64,000 bases of DNA from Blastocystis sp. Blastoise (lineage: Eukaryota > Protista > Bigyra: Opalinata): contig JBBPEB010000009.1 of assembly GCA_039096225.1 (NCBI GenBank), forward strand, positions 806,001 through 870,000, in the 5' to 3' direction. Positions within the stretch are counted from its first letter, which is position 1; each line of letters starts with the position of its first letter. Of this stretch, positions 36,000-51,624 are shown in pieces. The translations under genes and the position numbers were made by a program. The notes under the pieces are model-generated. The model did not search any database, had not been told where the DNA came from, and was given only the letters and a program-made list of their open reading frames with translations.

Positions 36000-38656
36000 A
36001 TGGTTGTTAGCAAGGAAGATATTAAAACCTTTATCACATTAGAACAATATGATGATGGTATATATTCATAGATATCTAAAGATTAATTTCATAAAGCATT
36101 GTTTTACTGTGAGACACTATATGATATCAATCATGATGCTGAATACTTGTATTTTATTGGTTCCGTATACCTACATCAGAAAATGTATCAAAGAGCGATT
36201 AAAGCGTTTCAATCATGTAACATGTCCGAAGCAAAGTATGATTTTGTTCACATATTTGTTTCCTTGATGTTTTAAATATTTATCTTTGTAGATTCCTGAT
36301 GGCAAAAGCGTATTATATGTTAGAACAATATGATGAGGCAGAATTAATTCTGCTTGAAGAGCCTGTAAGTCATAATTTTTATTCATTATTATTTTATATA
36401 GAGTATTCCATGTGGTGGAAATGGTTGTGGATTGTTAGGAGATATATACAGAGTTACAAATCGTCAGAAATTAGCCTGTCAAACATATCAGAAAGGAATC
36501 AATATAGATCCTCAACTCTGGTCATTAAAACATAAATTGCATATGCTTTATGAAGGTATTTATGATTATATTTGTTAGAATATTTTCATCATGTTTATTC
36601 CTCAATTATTTTATATATCTATAGAAGAATCCAATCAAGTAATTTATTAGTTCATCTATTGTTTCTCAATATTATATACAATTATACTCTATATTATAAA
36701 GAATAAAATAGCATATTTATAATAAGAATATATATATATAGGATTCTAATAATGAAATAGGAAAAGAAGATGATTTGGGTATTCTATTTATATATATTTT
36801 CTTTATTATTTATTATATATATATATGTTAATGTTTTATATATATAGTTACAATGTCTATTAATATATATAACAAACTCGATATGCTTGTAGAAAAGTAA
36901 TTTTGTTATTATATATCATTTATTATTTATATATATATTTATTATAATAAATACATATGTATATATTTATTATATAAAAATAGTCCTGTTATATATAATA
37001 ATATAACTATTTATAATTAGAAATAAATGTTCAGAAGCCTTGTCTATAATACATTCCTTACCTTCTAACAGTGCATTTATTCATATATATAATACTGCAC
37101 GTTTAGATTATTATACTGCTTCTATATATACAAAATTAGGTTATTATTCAAAAGCAAGAGCATTATTAGATCGATGTATATTGAAATCCCCGTGGAATTC
37201 GGAGTATTGGGTATTATACTGTAATGTTCTTTGGCATTTAAAAGATATTAAAGAATTGACAAGAAATGGAAACTATTTCTTTATTAATGATCGTCTATCG
37301 TATTATGTAAATATATATATAGTTTATAAATTATTAGGATATTATTTTTGTTAAATTATAATTTATTATTATATATTGTACAAACATTATATATATATAT
37401 ATATTCTATTATAACTATTCTATATATTTTTCAATATCGGTTTTTTATATAATAACATCTATATAAATCATTAACATATATAAATACATACATATAATAA
37501 TGAACATATTATATATATATATAAATCATTAACATATATATATATCATGCATATAATAATGAACATATAATATATATATATAAATCATTAACATATATAA
37601 ATACATACATATAATAATAAACATATTATATATATATATATATATATATCTCATTAACATATATAAATACATACATATAATAATAAACATATTATATATA
37701 TATATATCTCATTAACATATATATATACTAGACATGGATCGCTATAGCGAATTCTCTTTCTTTATCCGACAACCATATTAACGCTATAGAATGTCTTCAG
37801 CGTGCAAATCAACTTGAAAAGAATAATTCTCATATATTAGGTCTAATTGCATTTGAATATTTATCTATAAAGAATTATGAAGAAGCTACCAAATATTATC
37901 GTTATGCATTATTACTTAATGAAAACAATTATAAAGTCTGGGAATGTCTTGCATTTATTTATGCTACCTCTGTATATATAGTTCTATTTATATAATATTT
38001 TTATATTTTTTTTTCTATAAAACTTCACTATATAATTTATTATATATTTTCTTTATAAAATTCACAATATTATATATAATCCTATATCTATTACACTTAT
38101 TTTCTTTAATAGGAACAATATAAAGTATCTGTAACATTCTATAAGAAAGCTATCGAATTATTTCCTGAAAATCCTCAACTATATATTAATATATGTAAAT
38201 TATTTCTTTAATTATTAGTTATTATATTATAAATAGCAAATATATATCAAAAACTCAATAAAAATGATATTGCCATTCAATATCTAATGAAATATAATAA
38301 ATTTAATCCAACAAATCCACAAGTATATCCATTTATTTATCTTTATTATAATTTTTCTTTATTTTATGTAGATATTAACAAATTTAGCCTTATTATATCA
38401 ATCTATGAAGATGCCTAAGGAATCATTATACTATTTTGAGCAATCCTTCCAAATAGAACCTCCTAATGAATCACATTTCTTTCAAATTGGAAAATCTTAT
38501 TATGATGTAAACCAATATTTTAATGCTTCTATCTACCTTAACAAAGCATTATTAACAAATCCACCAAATATTGAAGAAATACAGGTATTCATTAATCACT
38601 TTATTTAATTTAAAATTTTATAGAAACTTTTAAAATCAATGAAAGAAAAAACATAG
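36000..38656 (+). CDS. CDC27: TPR protein, APC/C subunit CDC27/APC3-like
   Basis: Spliced exons give TWIAIANSLSLSDNHINAIECLQRANQL..LGLIAFEY..YRYALLLNENNYKVW, matching the CDC27 TPR pattern. N-terminal LLGDIY..IDPQLW. Includes a 14-nt microexon. Confidence 0.7.
37461..37727 (+). repeat. Intronic minisatellite, about 5 copies of a ~55-65 nt unit
   Basis: TCATTAACATATA..CATATAATAAT(G/A)AACAT recurs, with variable (TA)n. Confidence 0.8.
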
Positions 38657-38907
38657 TCAAATTTTTATATTGTAACTATTCTGTTGTGTTTTTAAAAAAA
38701 AATTAAAATGTTTTAAATCAAGTATATCTAGTTTTGTTTTTTGTGTTGTTTAATAGAACAAACAAATATATATATTATAATTCACAAATATTAATATATT
38801 ATAAGTTACGTTAAAACCAAATCAAAAGAGAAAAACTAAAATTAAAAAAGTAAATATATAAGAAATAATCAACTCCGAATTATTTAATGTTTACTTCAGT
38901 AATTGAT

Positions 38908-39948
38908 TTAGTTTTCCTTGGGGGCTTCTTCAGTCTTAGGAGCTTCTTCGATCTTAGCAGCAGCAGCAGCTTGTTCAGCAAGATGAGCCTTTAATTCTTC
39001 AGGAGTCCAGAATTGGTTAATACCTTCCTTGGGGATTGGTTTCCAAGCAGAAGTAGTGTAACCGTTCTTGTGTAAGTAGTAGTTCTTACAGATTTCATTG
39101 AACCAGAACATAAGACCAGCATAAGGAGTAACCTTAACTAAGTTAGCAACGGTACCTTTCCAGAGACCGAGAACACCCTTAGCCTTAATGGTTTTAGCAA
39201 AACAATCCCAGAGACCATTGAATTCAACATCAGCCTTAGGACCATCCATAGCACAAGATTGAGCTTGCATCTTCTTACGGACAGTATCGAAGGGGAAAGA
39301 GAAAGTTTGAGCAAAAGCACCAGCTAAACAACCATTAACGAAATTTTGCCAACCAGAAAGTTCATTACGAGGTTTACCCCACATAACAGCAAGAACTTCA
39401 TAACCCATGAAAGTAGCACCAGAGAAAGGAATAACACCGAGAATAGAAGCAAGCATACCCTTGTAGAAAGCGAGGAAACCTTCTTCTTTGTAAATCTTCT
39501 TGAAAGCATCAACAATACCGTTATATTTAGGATTGACCTTAGATTGAATGGTAAGACGAGTCTTGACCATATCAAGAGGATAGACGGAACAGGTAGCAAT
39601 GATACCACCAGTAGAACCAGCAATAGCAGCGTTAGTAGCAGACATCTTACCAGTCTTAGCATCAGTGAACATAATCTTAAGAGAATTGAAGGCAGCAAAT
39701 TGAATAGCATTGTAAGGGAAAAGTCTTAAACAAGCAACGAAGTTACCTTTCCAAAGACCCTTCCAACCTTCTTCTTGAATAATATTCTTGAAGGTACCAA
39801 TGAATCCCTTGTGTTGAGCGGAACCGACTTGAGCGATAATCTTGACGACATCAAGAGGAGAGGTGAAAGTTCTAGAACCAGCACCAGCGATACCACCAGA
39901 GATGAATTGTTGCCAGAAAGTTAAACGACGATCCTTCTTTGAACCCAT
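38908..39948 (-). CDS. Mitochondrial carrier (SLC25 family, SLC25A43-like), intronless
   Basis: Three PxDxxK/R repeats (PLDVVK, PLDMVK, PFDTVR) and EGxxGLWKG motifs. The N-terminus KKDRRLT..AQVG resembles SLC25A43. Confidence 0.92.
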   Translation of the reverse strand: MGSKKDRRLTFWQQFISGGIAGAGSRTFTSPLDVVKIIAQVGSAQHKGFIGTFKNIIQEEGWKGLWKGNFVACLRLFPYNAIQFAAFNSLKIMFTDAKTGKMSATNAAIAGSTGGIIATCSVYPLDMVKTRLTIQSKVNPKYNGIVDAFKKIYKEEGFLAFYKGMLASILGVIPFSGATFMGYEVLAVMWGKPRNELSGWQNFVNGCLAGAFAQTFSFPFDTVRKKMQAQSCAMDGPKADVEFNGLWDCFAKTIKAKGVLGLWKGTVANLVKVTPYAGLMFWFNEICKNYYLHKNGYTTSAWKPIPKEGINQFWTPEELKAHLAEQAAAAAKIEEAPKTEEAPKEN

Positions 39949-40671
39949 AGTTATTTTGGAGTTGGAAAATAATTATTTGTGAAAAGACTTTTCACTCATA
40001 ATGATAAATAGCACATCGGATCCATTGAGAGGGAGAAATTAATAGGGGTTTATATAATTATTCAGAGTAGTTATTCTAACGTGAAACCATAAACCAATCA
40101 AAAACAGCGATCATTCATGGGGGTATAATCATTTTGACAAATAAACAAAGTTTTTTCATACATCTACGCCAAATTGGTTTTTACCCCATAGAATGCTTCC
40201 TGTCCAAGAACATTATAATCCAATAAAATGAAAGATTACTCTTTTTGAGGTTCTCGATTTCTTTTACTTCTAGTCAAAATTTCGTAAAACCGTTGCCATT
40301 TCTATTATCCTGTTTCCTTCCATAAGTTTATTCAAAGATCCTTTTTTTCCTTTAGATATCTTAAAGAAAGAATGACTTATCAGTTTCTTATAGAAAATTG
40401 ATATCCTTATTCAATTTAAGTCATTCTAAAATCAATTTATTTCTCTAGTTCCTAGAATTTTTCAAACTCTACATTTTTCAAATCAAAATATGAACTACAG
40501 TTCATTAATCAATAATGAATATAACAAAATAAGCAACATAACAATGTAATGAAAAAAAAAGAACAAAAGATATTGAGCATTTAATGCAAAGACAATTTAT
40601 GAATTCTAGTAATACTACAAAATAATGAATTTAGGTTTTTGATTGATATTATTTTTAAAAAATGTTATCAT

Positions 40672-41914
40672 TTAACAACACTTCTTTTTCTCTTGAGGAG
40701 CTACACCTAATTGGCTAATAGTATTTTGTGGAGCTGCAGAAACAAGAGGTAAACGTTCAGCTAAATATATATATATATTATTCGTATATTTGTATAAATT
40801 TAATTGAGAAAACAAATATATATACCTATTTGAATAAAAAGTTCATGAATATTTTGTGCTGTTTTAGCCTATGTAATACATATTATTATAACAAAATATA
40901 TATATTTATAATTAAAAAATACAGAAGTTTCCATATAAATAACACCACTTTCTTTGGCATATTCTTGTGCTAATTCAACAGGTACTTCTCTCTATATAAA
41001 AATATATATATTATATAGATTAATTATAAATAATGTATATATATATAGAGAAACATACAGATTGTTCTAAATCACATTTATTACCTGCAAGACCAATAAC
41101 CATATCAGGATTTCCCGCTATAAATATATATATCATATTATTATTATCGTTTTATAATATTTATTTAAAATAAAATATATTTAATGATAAATATATTTAT
41201 AATTATAAATATATAATATTAATTTAAAATAAAATATATTTAATTATAAATATATAATATTAACTTAAATAAAATATATTTAATTATAAATATATAATAT
41301 AATTATAAATATAGAAATACAGTTTTGTTGTAATTCAGCAACCCAATTTTTAGCTCTATTAAATGTAATCTAAATAAATATAAATAGTGTATAATAAGTA
41401 TAAGATACATATCATACTCTACTAGTAATATCATAAACAACAAGTGCAGCCTTAGCACCTCTATAATACATAGGAGCAAGACTATGATATCTATATACAT
41501 ATATTATAAACTATCATAAAAATAGCACATAACTACAACATAATTATCACATGATTTTATATTTTTAATAGTGAACTAAGATAATAAAAGCAAAACAAAC
41601 ATCATTAAAAACTATTTTTTAAGAAAAAAAAACAAATTGAAGATAAGTATTTACCTTTCTTGACCAGCAGTATCCCAAATATCAAATTGAACAATGCCCT
41701 TTTCTAAAGGAACTGTTTGAGTAAGAAAAGCAGCACCAATAGTACTCTCTTGGTTATCAAGAAATTTGTCCTTTACATATCTTTGAACAATACTTGATTT
41801 ACCAACAGCAGTTTCACCAAGTAAAACCTAAATTGAATATATTTCTTTAATTATTTCTATTCATTATAATAATACAAGCTTGAATTTATATTTTGGAAGA
41901 TTTTGATTTTCCAT
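40672..41914 (-). CDS. RAB5: Rab5-family small GTPase
   Basis: [57 protein letters not shown] and a C-terminal KKKCC prenylation motif. Seven GT-AG introns. Confidence 0.95.
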
Positions 41915-42194
41915 ATTGAAAATGATCACAACAAACAAAAGAAAACAATAGATATCAATTCCTGTTTTTTTTCCTTCCTCTATTGATCAACATGCCTTGA
42001 GTCTTCTCTTAGACATTCCTTTATTAAAAATCCTTTATTTTCACGGTTATATTGTGTTTTTCATTTTTTTAAATGTTATTTGTGTTATATCCCTATGGAT
42101 GTGATCTTATTCTTTTGAAAAGACTTATTATGATATATATAACTATAGATCAATATGATACTGGCATAGAATAATATTATTTTGACATTTAAAA

Positions 42195-42809
42195 ATGAAT
42201 TTTTCAGAAAGAATTAAAGATATTCAACAGTGTGAAAATCTAGCAAGTCTTGTAAATGTCGAAGAAGTTCAAGTATCTAAAAAAAACTATATTCTAACAT
42301 AATAAAAAACTGATGTCCTCTAGGAAATCGGTGGAAAGCATTATGAAGAAGATGAATCGATTAAAGAATTGTTTCAATCAATTATGCAAGAATGTAATGA
42401 TAATATAAGCATAATTGAAAAAGAAATTGGCTCATTTGATCCAAAAGTATTTTATTTAAAGTAATAGTTATCTTTTTTCTATTTATCTTTTTCTATTATA
42501 AGACAAGTATCAAAATTATGAGATCAGCATTACATCAACTAAAAGGATTGTCTTTCATCGACAAAGTAAGAACATCTGCTGCAGCACTCCATGAGTGTAT
42601 TCATGAATTTGAAGATGAATGTATGTGTTTTTATATAATTTTTCAATCATTTATATCATGTAATCCATATAAATCACATAGTAACCAAAGAAGAAGACCT
42701 CCAACATGTCATAGACCTCTATATGGGTCAGGTGAAATGTCTCTTTGTTAATTTAAAAACAACATATAAAGAAACTATCAATATTCTAACAATTATCAAA
42801 CTTTTATAG
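42195..42809 (+). CDS. Stand-alone histidine phosphotransfer (HPt, Ypd1/AHP-like) protein, 4 exons
   Basis: Spliced all-helical product of about 150 aa with IMRSALHQLKGLS (HPt consensus HQLKGSS) and an N-terminal LVNVEEVQEIG..IKELFQSIMQECNDNISII segment. Confidence 0.72.
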
Positions 42810-43402
42810 AAAAATATAATAGAAATCTATTGCTTTGATAAGTTTACGAATTTTTGTTTTGTTAATTTTATTCAATACATTTTTATTTTACAAATAATAA
42901 TAAAAAAACATTATTTATATATCTTATTATAAGAAGAACATTTTTATGTATATAGAAAGGTAAATAATTGACATGATGTAGTTAGAAAAACCAACATGAT
43001 TCTAGAAACGCATATATTTTTTCTTAAATCATTTCTAAAGACCATGAACATATAATACAACAAACAAATTTTGTTAAATTTAATTCTTGTAGTGATTAGT
43101 CGACACCCAATCTGTTTATTTATATACATTAATTTATATTCTTTCTCAGTTGAAACATCTATATCATATAAATATGATTGCTAAAAGAAATGTTTAAGAT
43201 TAACAGTAAATGACGTCAACTAGTGTTTATTTATTATAAATAAAATGAGAATCGAACTTATACAATGGAAGAGAAGAATTAATTTTAATACTTGATCTTT
43301 GTATATATCAAAAACATCGGGTTATCAGTAAAGATCTCTTTAAAAACTATTGTTTTTCTGTATTTTTTGTTCGTTTTCGTATATTATTATTTAAAACTTA
43401 TT

Positions 43403-43681
43403 ATGGATACTACTTTGATTATTTACGGAGTTTGTGCTGTCGCTGTTGTTGCATTAATCTTCATTTATTGCTGTTGTTGTAAATCCAAACAGAAATATTC
43501 TAAAGTTGAAGCTCATGATGAAAAAGAAATAGAAAGTTTCGTTAACAAATCTCAAGATGGTATTATTGCTATAAATCTTTCGAAAGCTAAGGAATCTGAT
43601 AATGGATCTCGTCTTAAGAACTTAAAAGGTGGTGCTAAACCTTTCTTAGAATCCGATTCTGATAAAGAAGAACAACTCTAA
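43403..43681 (+). CDS. Small single-pass membrane protein with a juxtamembrane CCCC
   Basis: MDTTLIIYGVCAVAVVALIFIYCCCCKSKQKYSKV... 92 aa, with coding-like codon use. Confidence 0.75.
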   Translation: MDTTLIIYGVCAVAVVALIFIYCCCCKSKQKYSKVEAHDEKEIESFVNKSQDGIIAINLSKAKESDNGSRLKNLKGGAKPFLESDSDKEEQL

Positions 43682-43971
43682 ATGTTCTCACTATATAAGC
43701 TATTCATTTTATTATTAAAAAAAAAAACTTATTCTCGCTTGTCTACATTTATTATTGTATTATTTGTTGTTTTTATTATAAATAAATATATATGATATAA
43801 TACAAACAAGTTAATATAAAAAAACATGCGCAACATCTTTTACTATTATAAATAATGATAAAAAATGTAATTATGATAAAAAAGAGACTATTGGAAAAGT
43901 AAATTGGATGAACTTGAAATATATTCTATAATTCTATATATAAAAAGATAGTATACATATATGTAAATAGA

Positions 43972-48327
<4,356 letters not shown>

Positions 48328-48662
48328 ATTCAATATAAAAAACTAACTTAAAATAATTTAAAAACTTCAATTGTTTTAAAAAAAAGAAAAAAAATTAAGC
48401 TACGTTTGAAAAGTTATTCGAATTGGATTTCTTTCTTATTGTTTTTATATATGGAAAATATCACTATACAGCAAAACATTAATAATTTCCACGGTAATGA
48501 CAACAGAATTTTATTTGTGTTTACATCAATTTCTATCCTATTTATTTACGTTTATGAAATTACAATTATATGTCCAATATATACATAACAATAAAAACAA
48601 AATATAATAAAAAAAAATTAGAATGAGACACAAGAAAAAAAAATATAATAATGAGAAAAATT

Positions 48663-48733
48663 TGCACCAGCCGGGAATCGAACCCGGGTCTGTTCCGTGG
48701 CAGGGAACTATCTTACCACTGGACCACTGGTGC
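48663..48733 (-). tRNA. tRNA-Gly (GCC)
   Basis: GCACCAG/CTGGTGC acceptor stem, GTTCC-CTGCCAC-GGAAC anticodon arm, GGTTCGATTCCC T-arm and a downstream T-run. Confidence 0.97.
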
Positions 48734-48966
48734 ATGGAATTGTTTTTCTATCATAGACATTCGAATAACTAAAAACTCTCCCAGATTATCATTAATCAGT
48801 AATATTTCTATTTTTAAGTAGAATCTATTGGCATTCCCGTAAATAGAATTAACACGATTCTTTCAAAAGTATTCGGTTCTTTTTTTGGTTGGATTTCTAT
48901 AAAGGATTCTTGATTATATTGAAGTGTTTTTATGCTCTGAGTGGTTGACATTTTTATATTCCTGTG

Positions 48967-50280
48967 ATGATTCCAAAATGTTGGCTTACTAATAAGCATC
49001 CATTAGGGTGGTTTTTCTTTATTCTTGGACTCATTCAGTTCTTCTTTGTATTGAGTACAACTATTTTTTATGCAATTATCCCTGAGTTCGGAAACTCTAT
49101 GATTGGCAAACTTCAAATCTTTTTTATTTCTCTATGTACTCTTATGGCACTCTGGTGTGAATTAGCTACTTCTTTCACAAATCCAGGAACACCACTCACT
49201 GATCTGAAGTTAAGTGAGAGTGAAATGGTTGATGCAATCCATAATGATAGACTAGTCTGTTTGTATATATATATGAATATATCAAAATATTAAGATATTA
49301 ACTTTCTGCTTTTTTCACTCTTATTATGATTTTTTGTGATTTGATTATGTTTTTATTCTTCTTCTTATTAAATCTATACTATTTGTCTTTAGTAAATGCA
49401 AGTCTCTTCGACCTATTCGTGCTTATCATTGTGACCTTTGTGGCTGTTGTATTCTCAAACAAGATCACCATTGTTAGTATGTTTTTATTTTATTTATTTT
49501 ATTTATTTTAATTATTTTAATTATTTTAATTATTTTAATTATTTAAATTATTTTAATTATTTTAATTATTTAAATTATATAAATTATTTGATTATATAAA
49601 TTATTTGATTATCTATATTATATAAATTATTTGATTATCTATATACATTAATCTATAGTTGGGTTAATAATTGTATTGGTGCAAGAAATCAAAAGTACTT
49701 TTTATTGTTTGTAATCTATGCAATTATTGGACAGTTATACTCTTTGATTATTGGGTCTATTCGACTTTCTAAATATTACCGTTATCTCTTTACTGTATAT
49801 ATTAAATAATTCTAGGATATCGTTAATTTTTTTAAATATCAAAATCATTGAGATATTATTCTTTTATAATATGAATATATTATTCTTTTATAATATGAAT
49901 ACTAATTATACTTGATTTTGATATTTTAATATTATGATATCTTGTGTATCTGTGCATGTAACAACTTAATCATGAGGTAAATTTATATATATACATATTA
50001 TTATTTAAAATGGTTGTAGCTAATGTATTTTCTATATATAGATGAGAAATATTGCTTGGATTCCTTTAGTACGTGCATTCCCAGGATTATCTCTGATTCC
50101 TTCTTTAGTTAATCAACATTATATGTATCCTATATTTAATTGGAAAGCACTTCCTCTACTTCTTCTCTTTGTCAATATCTTATCATGCTGTTTCTTTCTT
50201 TTTTTCCTCTTCTTTCAACTTATTGAACAAGTATATATATATATATATTTATTATATATATTATATATATATATTATTAT

Positions 50281-50317
<37 letters not shown>

Positions 50318-50725
50318 TAAGGTTTATTAAAGAATCATTACATAGTGCAACTTATCTTCGTCAAAAGGGATATATGAATAAAGAAATATATATAATATAT
50401 ATATATATCTTTTTATGAAATAATAATTGATGAATATATAATTATAATAACTTCTATCATTGTCAGTAATTATATAAATATATATTTCTTTCTTTAGACA
50501 TGTATTCGTGATTGTATTATTAATACTATGGGTGAATCCTTCTGTTGGAATTGGTTTTTACCTCGAGAAGGGTCTCTCATGAACACCATTTTACTTTCAT
50601 ATTCATCAGAATGTCCAAATAATCTTGTTAATGAATATCAAACAATACATACTATTCATGACACGAATGAATATATTCCAAAGAAACAATATATAATTGA
50701 AGAAGAACTTAAAAAAATGAAATGA
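48967..50725 (+). CDS. DHHC palmitoyltransferase
   Basis: TNPG; [44 protein letters not shown]; C-terminal MGESFCWNWFLP. The last intron is non-canonical as assembled. Confidence 0.92.
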
Positions 50726-50959
50726 TTTCCTTTTTTTGAAATATTTTTTTTCATAATATTCTATATTTTAATTTTTCTAAAATAATTGTACACTTTTTCA
50801 TTTCTTGTTCTCTTTTAAAAATACATAATTTCTTTATATTATTGTTTTGTATACCAATGTTTTACATCTAAATGAAAATGACTATAAAAAATCCAGTTTT
50901 TTTTTCTGTTTGAAAAGCCGCCAAATTTTATTTATTTGTAACACATCAAATATAGTCTA

Positions 50960-51268
50960 ATGAGTGAAATGGAATATTCAGGGGATACATGTCCCAAAAG
51001 TTGTCCAGGAAGAAAGTGTCCATGTCTCTGTTGCTCAATACATTCGTCCATGTCACCTGCTGATCGTCAAAAGATGATGCAAAAAATGTGCTTAGATGAT
51101 CCCAAGGCAGTCAAAGAACGATATTTATCTGAGAATCCAGATGCTGAAATTGTTCCAAATATATTTGTCAAACAATATGATCAAGAACAGAACCTTTCAG
51201 ATCGAAGTGCTAAGGAAATATTATTATTTAAATTATTAACTGGTCAACAAGATATACTTAACTCGTAA
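50960..51268 (+). CDS. Small Cys-rich protein of unknown function (102 aa)
   Basis: Intronless ORF with higher GC than its flanks and CPKSCPGRKCPCLCCSIH. Confidence 0.7.
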   Translation: MSEMEYSGDTCPKSCPGRKCPCLCCSIHSSMSPADRQKMMQKMCLDDPKAVKERYLSENPDAEIVPNIFVKQYDQEQNLSDRSAKEILLFKLLTGQQDILNS

Positions 51269-51624
51269 TTATATTATATGTAGAGTATGTTGTGTTAACA
51301 ATTATTTGAGATTTAAGATTGATATATAAGCACAATAAATAATAATAATTATATGTTTTTTATTAATATAAACAACACTCTGTCAAGAAAATAGATAACA
51401 TGTATACATTGTGATCACAAAATATAAAAATATATAATAAAATATATAATAAAATATATAATAAAATATATAATAAAATATATAATAAAATATACTAAAA
51501 AAAATAATATAAAAAATAAAATATAAAATAAAATATATATTAAAATATATATTAAAATATACATCAACTACACATATACGAATAGAATTTCATTTAATTT
51601 TTGTTACTAACAATTATTATATAT

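Noticed and set aside
39138-39729. Overlapping ORFs within the mitochondrial carrier
   Set aside because: Shadow frames caused by the higher GC and codon bias.
48538-48735. 65-aa ORF MHQWSSGKIV...
   Set aside because: It is a translation of the tRNA-Gly gene.
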